In this document: positions 30,486 through 43,621 of the stretch, piece after piece
Layout of the letters: each line of letters opens with the position of its first letter
How positions within the stretch are numbered: the first letter of the stretch is position 1
From: Amoebidium appalachense
Taxonomy: Eukaryota > Protista > Ichthyosporea
Direction: 5' to 3'
NCBI GenBank assembly: GCA_963693365.1
Contig: CAVNZM010000004.1
Span: 6,078,564-6,142,563, forward strand
DNA length: 64,000 nucleotides
Position numbers and translations under genes: made by a program
Notes under the pieces: model-generated
The model's database searches: none
Told to the model about the DNA's origin: nothing
The model's input: only the letters and a program-made list of their open reading frames with translations

Positions 30486-33400
30486 GATATGAGTCATGCC
30501 CTTTATGACTCTTCCTGTAATTAAAGTTGCTTACCTTGAAAGTACATAACGTTGACACATAGCCACACTCAGAACTTAAATAAAACTTTTCATGTTTCTG
30601 AATTTTACATTCACCACATTCACTCTCCTTAGAAATATGTAAGTCTCATGTTTTTCGCCATACTGTGACAATGTGGTTTCGTCGCCATCAACAGACACTG
30701 TCATTTCATTGGATATAGATCATACATAAGCAAATCCGCCAAATATTGCGTGGAACATTGGCCAGCTCTACCTCAAAACCAGCCTGGCCGAGCCTTGGAC
30801 AAACCAGTTTTAGCCAGCACACACTTGGGGTTGCTGTTGTCGTTTAGTGACAGTCGTCATTTGCATTTGTTAGTCTTCGTTTGATAATTTTCCTGTCAAC
30901 GACAGCTGTTATTTCCGTTCTCTCTTCCACCTGATTTTACCTTTCGTGTCAGAAGATATGCTGCAGAATTCAAAAGATAGCAAGAAAATAACGAAGCACT
31001 ACCAGGTGCTACTACTATCCGATTTCGTGGGGTGTACAGATGCACCCTTGGTGTGTGCCGACCCGCATGCAAAATACGTTTAACAAGCCGATATTTTCGA
31101 CACAGTTCACAAGCAATAAAGAAAGACATTTGTAGGTGTTTTGACTGAGAGAAAACGCAACCGAATTGTTGCCGTGATTGTGCCTTGTGCCTCAAAATAA
31201 CCTCAACTGTTTCGACCCCAACGCATCCATGTGCCTACCACCAAGGCTTGAACGCACGACCATGCCGTTCAACGACCTTCACATCCTTGGGGTAGCGGCC
31301 ACCCGCTCGCCACCTCCTGTGGGCGCCCCTGGTATTATTCCCGCTTCTGCACAAACCCTATCCGGTGGACCCTGTCCTGAAGTTTTCAACCAGATTCCTG
31401 CCATTCGTGCCGTGATTTTGAAGAGCATCTACCTGCCCCCTCCTCTGAGCAACACAGAGAGGCTGGAAAAGAGATTAGAATCTGCCACTACAGAGAAGAT
31501 GAGGAGCATGCTGCTCCCAGAGCTCTTTTAGCCTGCGCTACTTGTGTGATGTTTAGTGGCGATTGCGTTGTGTCACTGTTAGGCTCTGAACCTGCACGAA
31601 CGTTTGCTTTTTCAGGCAATTTCTGATAAAAAAAGAAAGATTCCCTGCCACCCACTGAGGCTACGACCCGGCCAGGTGCCACGGAGTTGAATGTGAAAAT
31701 TTGGATATGGATAGTGTAGATGACAGTGCGAAAAGCGACCTCTGAATCACAGTTTGAGCAGCGGTTGCTGTCCATCGGTAACAGAGAACATTTAGTAGGG
31801 TTCAGGAAAAAGGCTTGCCAGTAGCGGCCCTTCTCTCACATACAGCATGTGTGCTCGTCGAAGTCGTATTTTTTTTGTGTGTTTGGGGCGCTCTTGTTTT
31901 TGTGTATGACGCTAACTGGTAATATTTTGACGCAAACAGGCGCTGTGTTGCAAATAGGGCTATGTCACTTCTAGCTATGTGAATTTATCAGTATGGTTTT
32001 AAGCGCCGACGTACCCCTCTTATTCTTACGTATTTGCTTTTATTAAATAAGCATCTTAGTTATGCTATGTATCCATAGCCCCTGGTGGGTGGTTCTTGGT
32101 GTGAAAGAATTTGCAAAAATACGGCCGAAATAGCCCACTTATCCGGGCAGATATCGATCCTCTACAAAAATTAAAAAAGAGATATTTTTTTTAATGGCTG
32201 CTGTACCCAGCTCATCAGAAATATGTGTTGGGACTTTTCCGTGTTCACCCCGTGGATTGTTTCTGCTTGTCTCTTTTGTGCTTTTAGACTCTCATGATCT
32301 TCATTCATTGCACGCGCACACACACATACACACCCCATTGAGCACGTGTACGTGTGTGTGTCCCGCACAAAGACAGATACACCGTGCCGCAAACTGTATT
32401 AGTAGGAAGGCCTCCTAGTTGTATCTTGTGTGTATGTGCGCATGTGCGTGCGTGGGTGTGTGCGTGTGTGTGCTTGTGTGTATATTTTCAACTGGCAGTG
32501 GATGGGACCGTATGCCTTTCCCCCCCTTCCCGCTTTCCCGTTTTCGTTTTCTCTTTTTTTCCTCTCTCTTTTGATTTTGGGGGGGGGGGGGGAGGGGGGG
32601 AAGGGATTAAAATGAAAAGGGCCCCACATAGTGGTAATTCTGGGGTATTACCACCTTATCAACTGAATCTTTAGGGTGTGGCCATAGAGCCCTTGATTTG
32701 TAACCAGAACCCAGCCCCCCCCCCCCCCCCCCCCCCCCCCAACCCCCAACCCCCCCCCCCAACTCCAACCCCCCCAAACACAGACACACAGACACACACA
32801 AAAACACCAACACACACTCACTCCATCACTCACTCACTCACTCACTCACCCCTCTCCCCCTCCCCCTCCTCCCCCCCCATCCCCGCTCTCTCTCTCTCCC
32901 CCCCTCCCCCCCCCCCCCCACTCACCCCTCCAACCCCGCCCGAAAAAGCAGACATGCACACATGCACACACGCACAGACACGTGCACACCAACACACACC
33001 ACTGACACACGCCAACACACACACACTCTCACTCACTCACTCACTCACCGACACCCCCCGGAGGCTCCCCCGCCCCCTCCCCCCCCCCCCCCCCCCCTCC
33101 CCTCTCCTCAGCTCACTCACTCGGCACCCACCCGCCCCCCCCAACCCCACCTCCCCGCCCCCCTCGCCTCCCCCCCTCCCCCCCCCCCCCCCCCCCCCCC
33201 CCCAATATACTATGATTTAAACTTTGAAATGAACGGTTTTCCAAACGTCACAACGAAAGCAAGCCCACGCCCCTGCGAATACTTGAAATATGTCCCCACG
33301 ACTAAATGCACGGCCACATGAGTGGGTCATGTCTGAGACTAAGAATCATTAAACGTAAACAGGAGACTTAATGTTTGCAGAGCCTCAGGCGCCAGCTGTT

Positions 33401-34039
33401 TGTGGTACATGGGTGGCTCACCCAGTGGCCTTACTAATTGCATTCCAAATCTTAGAGGAAGTTTCGAGCCTTCACTGGTGACTGACTACCTAAGGCTACC
33501 TATGGATAGACCCAAGATTTGGTGGGTGGTGGTGGTGGTGGGTGGTGGCCGGCGGCGGCGGCGGCGGCGGGGGGGAAGGGGGGGGGGGGGGGGGGGGGGG
33601 GGGGAGGGGGGAGGGGGAGGGGGGGGGGGGGGGGTCATTTACTTCCGGGCGCACACTCTTGGTAAAAGAAACGGAGGATAGTAAATTTTTCAAAGTTAGA
33701 CATCTACATAAACGAGCCAAAGGGCCTTTATGCTACTCACCCCCGGGACTCCCGGGTTTCCTGCATACAGCGAAAGAAAAACCCATTGTATGTGTGCACG
33801 CCACTGTCAGAGCCGAGTTCCCCCGAGTTTGCGATGCAGTGTCCTTGCAGTGCACGGATATGCACCTTCTTTACGTGTGTGCGTCCGTGTGCATGTAAGG
33901 TGTGTATGTGTGTACGTCTGGCACGTTGTGTGCATGTGTGTGTGTATTTGTGTGTGTCTATCCGTGTGTCTGTGTGCCTTTGTGCATGAACGTGTGTGTA
34001 TGTGGGTGTGTGGGTGTGCGTGCGAGCGTGTGCCAGAGA

Positions 34040-34054
34040 AACAGAGAGAGAGAG

Positions 34055-34152
<98 letters not shown>

Positions 34153-34195
34153 AAGAGACTGTGTGAGAGAGAGAGAGACAGACAGAGAGAAAGAG

Positions 34196-34258
<63 letters not shown>

Positions 34259-34275
34259 CAGAGAGAGAGAGAGAG
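34040..34275. repeat. (GA)n microsatellite
   Basis: About 230 bp of nearly pure GA dinucleotide repeat, followed by poly-C tracts to ~34850. Confidence 0.9.
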
Positions 34276-34459
34276 TGTGTGTGTGTGTGCACTCGTGCAC
34301 GTGTGTGTGCACACACGTGTGCATTTGTGTGTGTGTGTGTGTGCCGAAAAACAAAAACCGTTGACAGGGCCGCTGAGCTTCCAACAACTACATTGAAGCT
34401 CGGATGCCCACAGGGTGTCATGCAGTGCCACAGCTGCCTGCACGTTCACGTGGCATGAA

Positions 34460-34498
<39 letters not shown>

Positions 34499-35188
34499 CC
34501 CCCCCCCCCCCCCCCCCACCCCCCCCCCCCCCCCCCCCCCCCCTCCCTACCGGAGCGAGGGAAAAAAAAAAGAAAGAAAAAAAGAAAGAAAAAGGAAATA
34601 GAAAAGGAGGAAAAAAAGAACGGAAAACCACGTCACGGTAAAGTGGCACCTCGTACTTGTAACAGTACGCCCCCCCCTCCCCCCCCCCCCCCTGCCCCTC
34701 CCCTCATATCCCCCCCTCCTCCTTCCCCCCCCCCCCCCCCCGCCTGCCCTGCCCTCTCCCCTCCCCCTTCTCCTCCAGCCCACCTCCCTCCCCCCCCCCC
34801 CTCCCTCCCCTCCCTCCCCCTCCCCCCCCCCCCCCCCCCCCCAGCTGCCCCTCCCAAAAAAAGAGGGGCAAAAAAAAAAAAAAAAAAAAAAAGCGGGACT
34901 TGGGCGGGGCAGGGGGAAAAAAGAGCAAAGAAGAAGAAGAAGCCCCCATGCAACTCTCCCGCCTGAATTTTCGAATTCTAGGGTGGTTTTTTTTTTTGAC
35001 CCATCTTTTTCCTCTTTCTTTTTCTCTCTTTCTTTTTCTCTTTTTTTCTCAGTCTTCAACTTTTTTGCCCGCTCAGCGTGTGTGTGTGTTTGTGTGTTAC
35101 ACTGCCAGTTGCGACGCCTACGTACAACACAATAGATGAAGCCTATGTTTCTTTTATTTAGAATTTATTTACTCCCACAGTGCGATGC

Positions 35189-36449
35189 TCACATCTTGAT
35201 ACTTGGGTCCGAGTGGCTTGGCAAGGGCCAGGCTTTTGCGCTTAAGCTTTTCCCGTCCTTCCCAAGCACAAGTTTGTTCAGATCCACCACCCGCATATGC
35301 ATATTCCTGATGGTGGGGGTGTTGAAGTAGTACAGCCGCGCTGACGTGGTCTCTGGCAGAGGTGTATGCGGTGGTCCAGTCCTGCAGCCCGCTGGCTTCC
35401 AGCTCCACAAGCCCCTTGGTCACCGTCATACGTCCAATCATGGCTGTGGCAGCGCTGATGGGGTTGTCCCCCGGGCTGGTTGGCGCAAACGAGAGCTCGT
35501 CGTTGCCTGTGCCCAGCACCCACTGCCCCTCATTGCGCACACCAACTCCTGCAGCATGGCAAGGTGCGCAAACCGGTTACTTGGCGTGAACCCCCCGGAC
35601 GTGCGCAGGGCTTCGGCAATGGTGGCTTTCGGGACAGTGGAGATGTCTTCATACTCGATACCTCCGAGGCGACCAGTCAGGTTGGAAAGCATTTGCTCAA
35701 AGTTGGGTTCGTTGGTCATCACCTTCACCACGTTGTCGTAAACGCACACATGTACACGGGCACCCGCCTGCTCGGCGTAGTTGTGCATGGGCTCAGTGGA
35801 GTTGAAGCACAGCGGGACGAAAGAGGAGAAGTTTGCGCCAATAAACTCGACCACCAGCGACTTTCCTGCACGGTCGTGGAACTGCAAGTGGGAGCCGTAA
35901 GTCCCACCCGGCATCAGATCCAGGGCAGGGGAGGACCCCTCGACCACTTGGTGTGCTGCGAGTTCTTTCTTAACGACAATCGACAGTGTCGCACATGGCG
36001 AGCATGTAGGTGGTGAGGCTGTAGGAGGCCAGGGCAGGCCGGGTGTCTTCCTTGACGTGCTTTGGGCACAAGGTGCCATATGGGCTAAGGAGCTCCTGGA
36101 AGGCCTCAGACAGACCGGCAGTGTTCAGGCCGTCCCATGGCTGCATGGGTGTCGTTGAGGGTTTCTGCGTAGGCATGCCCGAACTTTGCTGTGACGTTTG
36201 TGATAGCGCAATTATTGCAGTCCTTGCCGCCCATAAGCTCCACCCATCTGTCTGTGCCCTCAGGGACGGCGTGCAGGTTGGCGTGTATGTCCGGGTTGCC
36301 AAAGTCGACTGTGCCTGCAGACACTGTGTACGAGGTGCTTTGGTCGCTGGAGATTGGGTACAGTAGCGCAACAGGAAGTCGCTGCATGCCTGACCAGAAG
36401 GCGCCGACAGCAGAGCCGTGGCACCGGCAAGAAGCAGAAGAGAGTTCAT
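35189..36449 (-). pseudogene. Intronless secreted choloylglycine hydrolase / penicillin V acylase-like Ntn hydrolase (linear amide C-N hydrolase family), frameshifted
   Basis: Signal-peptide-like MNSLLLLAGATALLSAPSGQA is followed by the nucleophile motif CSDF. Family motifs appear in order across frames: TVSAGTVDFG, DGLNTAGLS, YMLAMCDTVD-VKKEL, HLQFHDRAGKSLVVEF, VMTNEPNFEQML, GGFTPSNRF, DWTTAYTSARDH-LYYFNT, RVVDLNKL. At least five frameshifts (~36360, 36135, 35975, 35540, 35338). The conserved Arg of S-A-R-T-x-D reads Gly. Confidence 0.85.
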
Positions 36450-37008
36450 ACCTCAGGTTTGGCATGCCATTTTGCACAGTCTGCGCGAGCAATGGGTGCG
36501 AGGTAAATGGTGTCGTGTATGTAGATGATCAAGTCTCTGTGGACGATTTGAATGCAGGGCACCAGCGGCGCAAGAGTTTTTTTTTCCTACATAGCCGCCA
36601 GATTGCAAAGTTCACTCCGATTGGTTTAATTTGGGCGGCCGGAAGGAAAATTCGGGATGGGTGCAGGAGTGAGGAACTGCATCAAATGAGCAAGAATATG
36701 TACAGACCTGAATGAGATTTTACAACATGCCTACTTTTTATATGGCTGATGCATTTTTCTTCTAACAGAAACACCCTCATGCTGCATTGCTTGGGTACTT
36801 GGTGTCCCGAGTCTCCCGACGACGACTCGTCGTCTCGGATCGATATGTTTGTTTACATGTAACCGCCAATCAGCTTGTTGAAAAACAGATCAGCCAATCG
36901 GAAAGTCACACCGCTACCTGTCCGCGCGCAAGATAGTCCGCGCACAAGATTTAGCATACAAAAATATGTATTGACGGCCCTACTTCCTACTAAGTGATCG
37001 GCGAGCCG

Positions 37009-37050
<42 letters not shown>

Positions 37051-37496
37051 AGGGCGATAATACTCCCGGTTAGCATATCCGCTAGCTAATATATTACTGC
37101 TTAAGCTTGTGTTTCCCCTTTTAAATATTAGGAGGCCTTGATACCCAATCAAGTGTGTCGGTCACCTTCCCTACTACAGGCCTCCTAGGAGCTCGAGTAG
37201 GCACAAACTTGATTTGGTCACAGTGAGGATATATTTTGTGGGGGCCGCTATACACTTTCTGCCATGTTTGTCTGGATCCGAACCGGAGTTCTTTCCTAAC
37301 CATTGTGGGGCCCATAAAACTTCGGAGCTTGGAACGGTTAACCTTGCAATTCAGTATAAAAATGGAGACAAGGGAAGATACAATATGCAAACCTAATTTT
37401 GACTTCACCCCTTCTATCATACTCATTTCTCTTTTACGGGGTATTTACTGAGTCATTTAATCCATTCAAAACTACGGTTCGCTGCATGCAAGGCAG

Positions 37497-37549
<53 letters not shown>

Positions 37550-37795
37550 CCAAAAAAAAAAAAAAAAAAAAAAAAAACCACGCACCCACCATCGTTTTTT
37601 TCTCTCAACGTTAACTACTGATGATCAAAGTTTCCTCTTCCCGCTGTAGAGTGTACGGTATCTACCTCCACTCTTTTTTTTCAGTCTACCTTCTCAGTGT
37701 TCACTGCATTAATCATTTTCAGAGATGTCCCAAACAAGCATAAACCTCACCGCATAATGCACTTGCAACATCCTTTTTAAATTTCAGGATCTTAC

Positions 37796-37834
<39 letters not shown>

Positions 37835-38373
37835 CCCTCTCCCTCCCCGCCTCCGAGGATGTCTGGATGAACGCCGCTGTAACTCCCGTTTGAGCGACTA
37901 TAGAGCTCTAGAATACCCGGGGCCCTATTTCATGCACCGCAAAAATACCGTGGGAAGAATATTCATAGAATTGGAGGAAATAATGGTAACCTTGAAGCCC
38001 CCCCATTCATGAATTCAGAAACATTACACTAAACCAACATCGGCAGCCATCCGGGAGAGCTCCCCCCCCCCCCCCCCCCCCTCAAAAAAAAAAAAAAAAA
38101 AAAAAAAACCACCATCACCACCACCACCACAAAAAATGGAAAGAAAAGAGAAGACATGTCTGCAAAGACACACACAAAGAACAAATGTGGTGTAAGACGC
38201 TTCATTGGCAAACGGGGTGCAAGCATTTTTTTTGTTTGTTTTTTTTGGAGGGGGGGGGGGGGGGGGGGGGGGGAGGGGGGGAGGGGGGGGGGGGGGGATG
38301 GGGGAGGGGGGAAACTGTGGACGGTCCACTTTCCCATTCCATCTCCCCGTTCCTTTGTTGGAATAACAACAAC

Positions 38374-38404
<31 letters not shown>

Positions 38405-39197
38405 GTGATACTTCCACTTCCATCAGGGGAGTTCAAGTATGTTTTTACGCGGATTGTGGATCATTGTTCATGGGCTCTCACACTTTCAAGTTAGTTTGAA
38501 CGTACCATGGCTGCTAGCAATTTGTGTTACTTTAATAAACACAATCACTTAGTTGTGTGCTAAGACAGAGAAGTAAACGAAGCCAAAATTTGTAAATATA
38601 AACAAGAACGTGGCTCATGAAAGGAAAATCGATAGCATGATATGTTTACAAGCCACTGCCACTACTATAAACGGCCGGGACGAACATTTTTTCGCCAGGT
38701 GGTGCATTACACTTATTAGGTGTCTGTGCCATGGGGTTATTTACATTGTATAGCACATGTGCTACCGTAGTATAGAATGTTGGGGATATATGGCATCATG
38801 ACACACCAAGTAGCTACCACAAAGAACATAAAGTCTGAGAAAGAAAACAAGGGGGGACAGTTACAGAAATTTGGTATAGTTGGGATATTTATGTTATGGC
38901 AGAGTCCCACCAGCCACCAGGGCCTTGGCGGATACTCATTGGTAGCGCTATGATCGACATTCACTGTCGGTTATTAATGCTTACAAATACCTAATTTTTT
39001 CAGTCACTATTGATATCCAAACATTCACCAATCTATCGTGTATTCAACCTGTCAAATCTAGGGTCGCTTAAAAAAATATTCAACCTATCAGATATAGTGT
39101 CACTAAAAAAGGGCGGTATGGAAGCATATCCATTAGGACACTCGTGAGTGCTTCTCATATTAAAGTTACCGGGTTGATGGGGCCGGGTTGGTTTGGA

Positions 39198-39305
<108 letters not shown>

Positions 39306-39378
39306 GCTTTGTGTGTGTGTGTGTGTGTGCGTGTGTCGGTACTTGTTTTTGGTAAGGATGTGTGTAAACACACTCGAG

Positions 39379-39456
<78 letters not shown>

Positions 39457-39603
39457 CTGTGTGTGTGTGTGTGTGTGTGCATGGGAGCGCGGGGAGGGAG
39501 GGGGTGTGAAGGTGCTCGAAACACACTATGGTAGTTCATAGTAGTAATCAAGTTAAAAAAATAAACTTAAAATATTCTAATGCAAACATATAGTGGCTAG
39601 TTT

Positions 39604-41384
39604 CTAATCGAGAGACCCAGTGGGAGACACGCCAAATTCGTTGAACCTTGCCACCTCCTGCTTGGAGCCCATGCACACGGACTGATACTGCACCGTGCCT
39701 TCGATCGTGATGTCCAAAATGCTCTCCCGGTGCAGGCGCCCGTCACTGGTTGCACCACCGGCACACTCCATCTGCACGTACGTACGTGTGGGTGTGTGTA
39801 CGTGTGTACGAGTATGTGTGTGTGCGTGTGTGCGTGTGTGTGTACATGTGTGTATGTGTGTCCGTGTGTCTGTTGTGGGTGTCGGGGCAGGAGGGGAGCG
39901 GGGGAGTGGGGAGAGAGGGGGGGGGGGGGGGGGGAAGGGGAAGGGGGAGGAGGAGGGGGGAAGGTATTGGAGGGTGGTGTCATTCCGTGATCGGATATTC
40001 AGCGTAGTGGGTGCTCCTAAGAAACGGAAAACACGGTGGACAGTATCGAATGACCAGTCAGAAATGCGCCAAGCAAGAGACAGTTTCAGGGCCTAACTGG
40101 CCCCCTTAGAGGAGAGGGGGGGGGGGGGGGGTGGGGGGGTGGAGCTGCACGTACCACCAGAGCGATTGGGCAAGTCTCGTACATGACACGGAGCTTGGCC
40201 GGGGATTTGTCAGAGGCAACATTGGTGAGCACACCTGATTGGATAATTAGTGGGGTGAGTGGTGTGGGGTTGGGATGTGTGTGCGCGCGTGTATTGGTGC
40301 GGTTCCACGGCAAGCGGTGTGCATGTGTTTGATGGGATGCAAAACATAGGAGCAGACATTTGCTGATGGTGGTTTTTTTTTTCTTCTTGCCCATTTTTGG
40401 TGTGTGTGTGGGGGGGGCGGTGGGGGGGGGGGGTGGGGGGGGGGGGGTGTGGGGAGGGGGGGGTGGGGGAGACAAGAGATAAGAATGCGTGAGTGTGTGG
40501 ACAGGTGCATAGCATTCTAGGATACATGTGTAGGCAAAACCTGCACTAAAAATAGACGATCGATTTCATCAGACCACTAACATTTTTCGGCCAATCAGAT
40601 CGGCTGAATTCGAAAAAAATAGGGCCTGGAGACTAAATCTTTGACGCGCTATAGCTCGGCTCAGAAAAAAGCTTTTATAACGCGGTTCGCGGCTATGGAA
40701 AGAGAAGAGAAGAGGTTTTCTTTAGTGCAGGAGCGACACTGGCGCGATTATCCGTTGGTAAGTTAATCGCGATCGCGCAACCCTGATGTTTTACAAATTT
40801 GAGACCGGATGGTGGCTGATTGATCATCTGATCACAAACACACTAAATTTTCTTTCATAGTCGAGGTACCCTTCATTTTCGTGCTATTGAAATACACCAG
40901 GCATTTTGGAAAGCTGAGAAAAAAGGTTTTTTGCTGTGTAAAAAAATTCAATATATTTTCAGGTTTGAATACAAGTGCTCCTCTTTTGAAGTAGGCTCAA
41001 GTCGAATTCAATGGCACTATTCTTTCCAACGATCTGTGATTGGCTAAACTAATTGATCTGATTGGATGTGTGCTCCTATATGTAGGTTTCGCTCAGACGT
41101 GTATACTAGAATGCTATGCAGAGAGGAGAAGTAAACCGAACTCTAAATCTTGGAAGGTGTCGGCAGACAGGGTTAAGAAGAGATGGGGCCCAGAAGAAGG
41201 GATCTGGAGGGGGAGGGGGGGGGGGGGGGGGGGGAGGGGGCTTGGGAACAGTGAATGATCGTGATCGAGTCAAAACGAAGTAACCGGCAAAGGAGAGGAC
41301 TGGAGGGTCGGACGGAGAGGAGAGTGAACGAATGGTAGGAATAAGGAGGGTGGGGGTGGTGGTGGTGGTGGTGGTGGTGGTGGT

Positions 41385-41423
<39 letters not shown>

Positions 41424-41584
41424 CTCAGAAAGGCACGATGCAAGCAGTGGTGAGCACACATGCCATAAAATGCCATATATGGCAATAGCACATACCTTTG
41501 CCCTTCATGAGGATGTGGTAGATGTCCGGCACCAACGCACCCGTGTAGCGCTGGGTGTAGCGGTTTTCTGTGTGTGTGTGTGTG

Positions 41585-41616
<32 letters not shown>

Positions 41617-42168
41617 CGTCTGTGTGTTTGTTAGTGCACGCGCGTGCATGTGTGTGTGTGTGACGGGGGGGGAGGGGGAGGAGGCAGAAGGGGGGTTAGT
41701 CCAACCGAAAGAGGAAAATTGGTGGTGGTGGTGGTGGGGGGGGGGGGGGGGGGGGGGGGGGAGGGGGGGGGGGATTAGAACATGCTGAAGTGTATGAGCA
41801 CACACACACACATGCTTTGGTGAAGTGGGTAGGTAGGCTAGGTGGGTGGGTGAGGGGGAAGAAGGGGGGGGGGGGAGGGGGGGGGGGGGGGGGGGGATGG
41901 AGGAAGAAAATATAATGCAACGGCACGCCATGCAAATAGGGCAGAAGGCAAAATATGTTGGCAAACAGCAGAGGCACACGGAACACAATTCACACCCACC
42001 CACCCACAATTTCACAACTTACGAACGGCACTCGAAAAAGTAGATTAAGGGCGGGGCAGAGCGGTGCACAACGCCGTGGGAAGGGGGTGGTGGTCGTGGT
42101 TGGGAAGGGATGGGGTTGGGGGGAGGGGGGGGGAGGGGGGGGGGGGGGGGGGAAGGGCGCGCAGGGGG

Positions 42169-42199
<31 letters not shown>

Positions 42200-43310
42200 G
42201 ATGGGAGGCACCACAAGCACATACCGAGATAGTAGTCAAACAGGTGGCGATAGCTGGGGATGTCGTTCACTGCACGCATATTGCCAAATGCAAATATCTT
42301 GCCCTCCTCTACAACGATGCGTGATCGTGTTACCTGATTGGTGCAAAGTCAGATCACGCGATGTGGGCAGTGTCATAATATGTCAAGGCTGATTGGTCCG
42401 TGTATTGCCCTTTTTAACTCCCACCCTTACTTCTTTGGACTGTCCCATTACGGGGGATTCTCCATCCCCTCACACCTCCATTTTCCACGTTCCTTAATCC
42501 CTAAGTGGCTACCCCCCCCCCCCCCCCCTCCCCCCCCCCCCCCCCCCCCCCCCTTCCCAAAGCTTTTCTTTTCTCGAAAGAGTGTCCGGTTCCGAGGGAG
42601 AAGGGAGAGAAAATTGGGGGGAGGGGGGGGGGGGGGGGAGGGGAAGGAGGGGGGGGGGGGGGGGGGGGGGGCGGCTTGGATAGATGCTTCCCAATGTGCA
42701 AGCAGCGAGGTAGGGGAATAAATGAACTATAGATTATGGGGGAGAGGAGGGGGGAAAAGAGGGAGGGGTGTATGTGTGTGTGTGCGTGTGTGTATGTGTG
42801 GTTGTGGTGGTGGTGGTGGTGGGGGGGGGGAGGGGGAGGGGGGGGGGGGGGGGGGGGGGCAGACCTTCCACTTGCCGTTCCACTGGTAGGTAACCTCAAA
42901 GCATTGGGGGGCTGAACCCTTGGTGCCTGTTGGGGGCATGCACACAGTGAGTGTGAGATGCATGATTTTGCTCCAATAAAAGATCACTGTAGCCGAATGA
43001 CACCACTTACAATGATACAATGAACCATGAAAGGATAAAAAGCCAGTAAATAGATAAAACTAAACACAAATTGAAAATTGAGATTTTGCTCTCAATGAAA
43101 CGTCGAATGATGGCAGCATGGCAAAATACTCCAACTAAACATCAAAATTGATAAGAGCTTGCCCCTTGCTTTGTGAAGCCAACGAACACATGTATTCAAT
43201 ACCCTTCACTTCACAGAAACATCCGTCAGACGCGAAAACCGTTGTTGAGCACTAAGAAAATGGAAAAGGGGGAAGGGGGGCAGGCGGAGGGGCAGAGTTT
43301 GGCACAAGTT

Positions 43311-43378
<68 letters not shown>

Positions 43379-43492
43379 GGAGGGAGGTCTGTGTGTGTAA
43401 ATGCATACCCGGTATGGCAAAGACCATGGTGGTGCGTGGGCCATAGACGGATATGGCTGAGGCTACCTGGTCACGACCCCTCTGCCCTTGCT

Positions 43493-43536
<44 letters not shown>

Positions 43537-43539
43537 CGA

Positions 43540-43621
<82 letters not shown>

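Noticed and set aside
31178-31775. Overlapping short ORFs 31178-31531 (+) and 31488-31775 (-)
   Set aside because: No recognisable motif and no consistent splice structure.
35189-36449. Programmed frameshifting or RNA editing rescuing the Ntn hydrolase
   Set aside because: The five shifts have no shared slippery motif and a conserved Arg is also substituted, so pseudogenisation or consensus error is more parsimonious.
35346-36715. Plus-strand ORFs (35346-35741, 35480-36016, 36191-36715)
   Set aside because: Antisense shadows of the GC-rich Ntn-hydrolase pseudogene.
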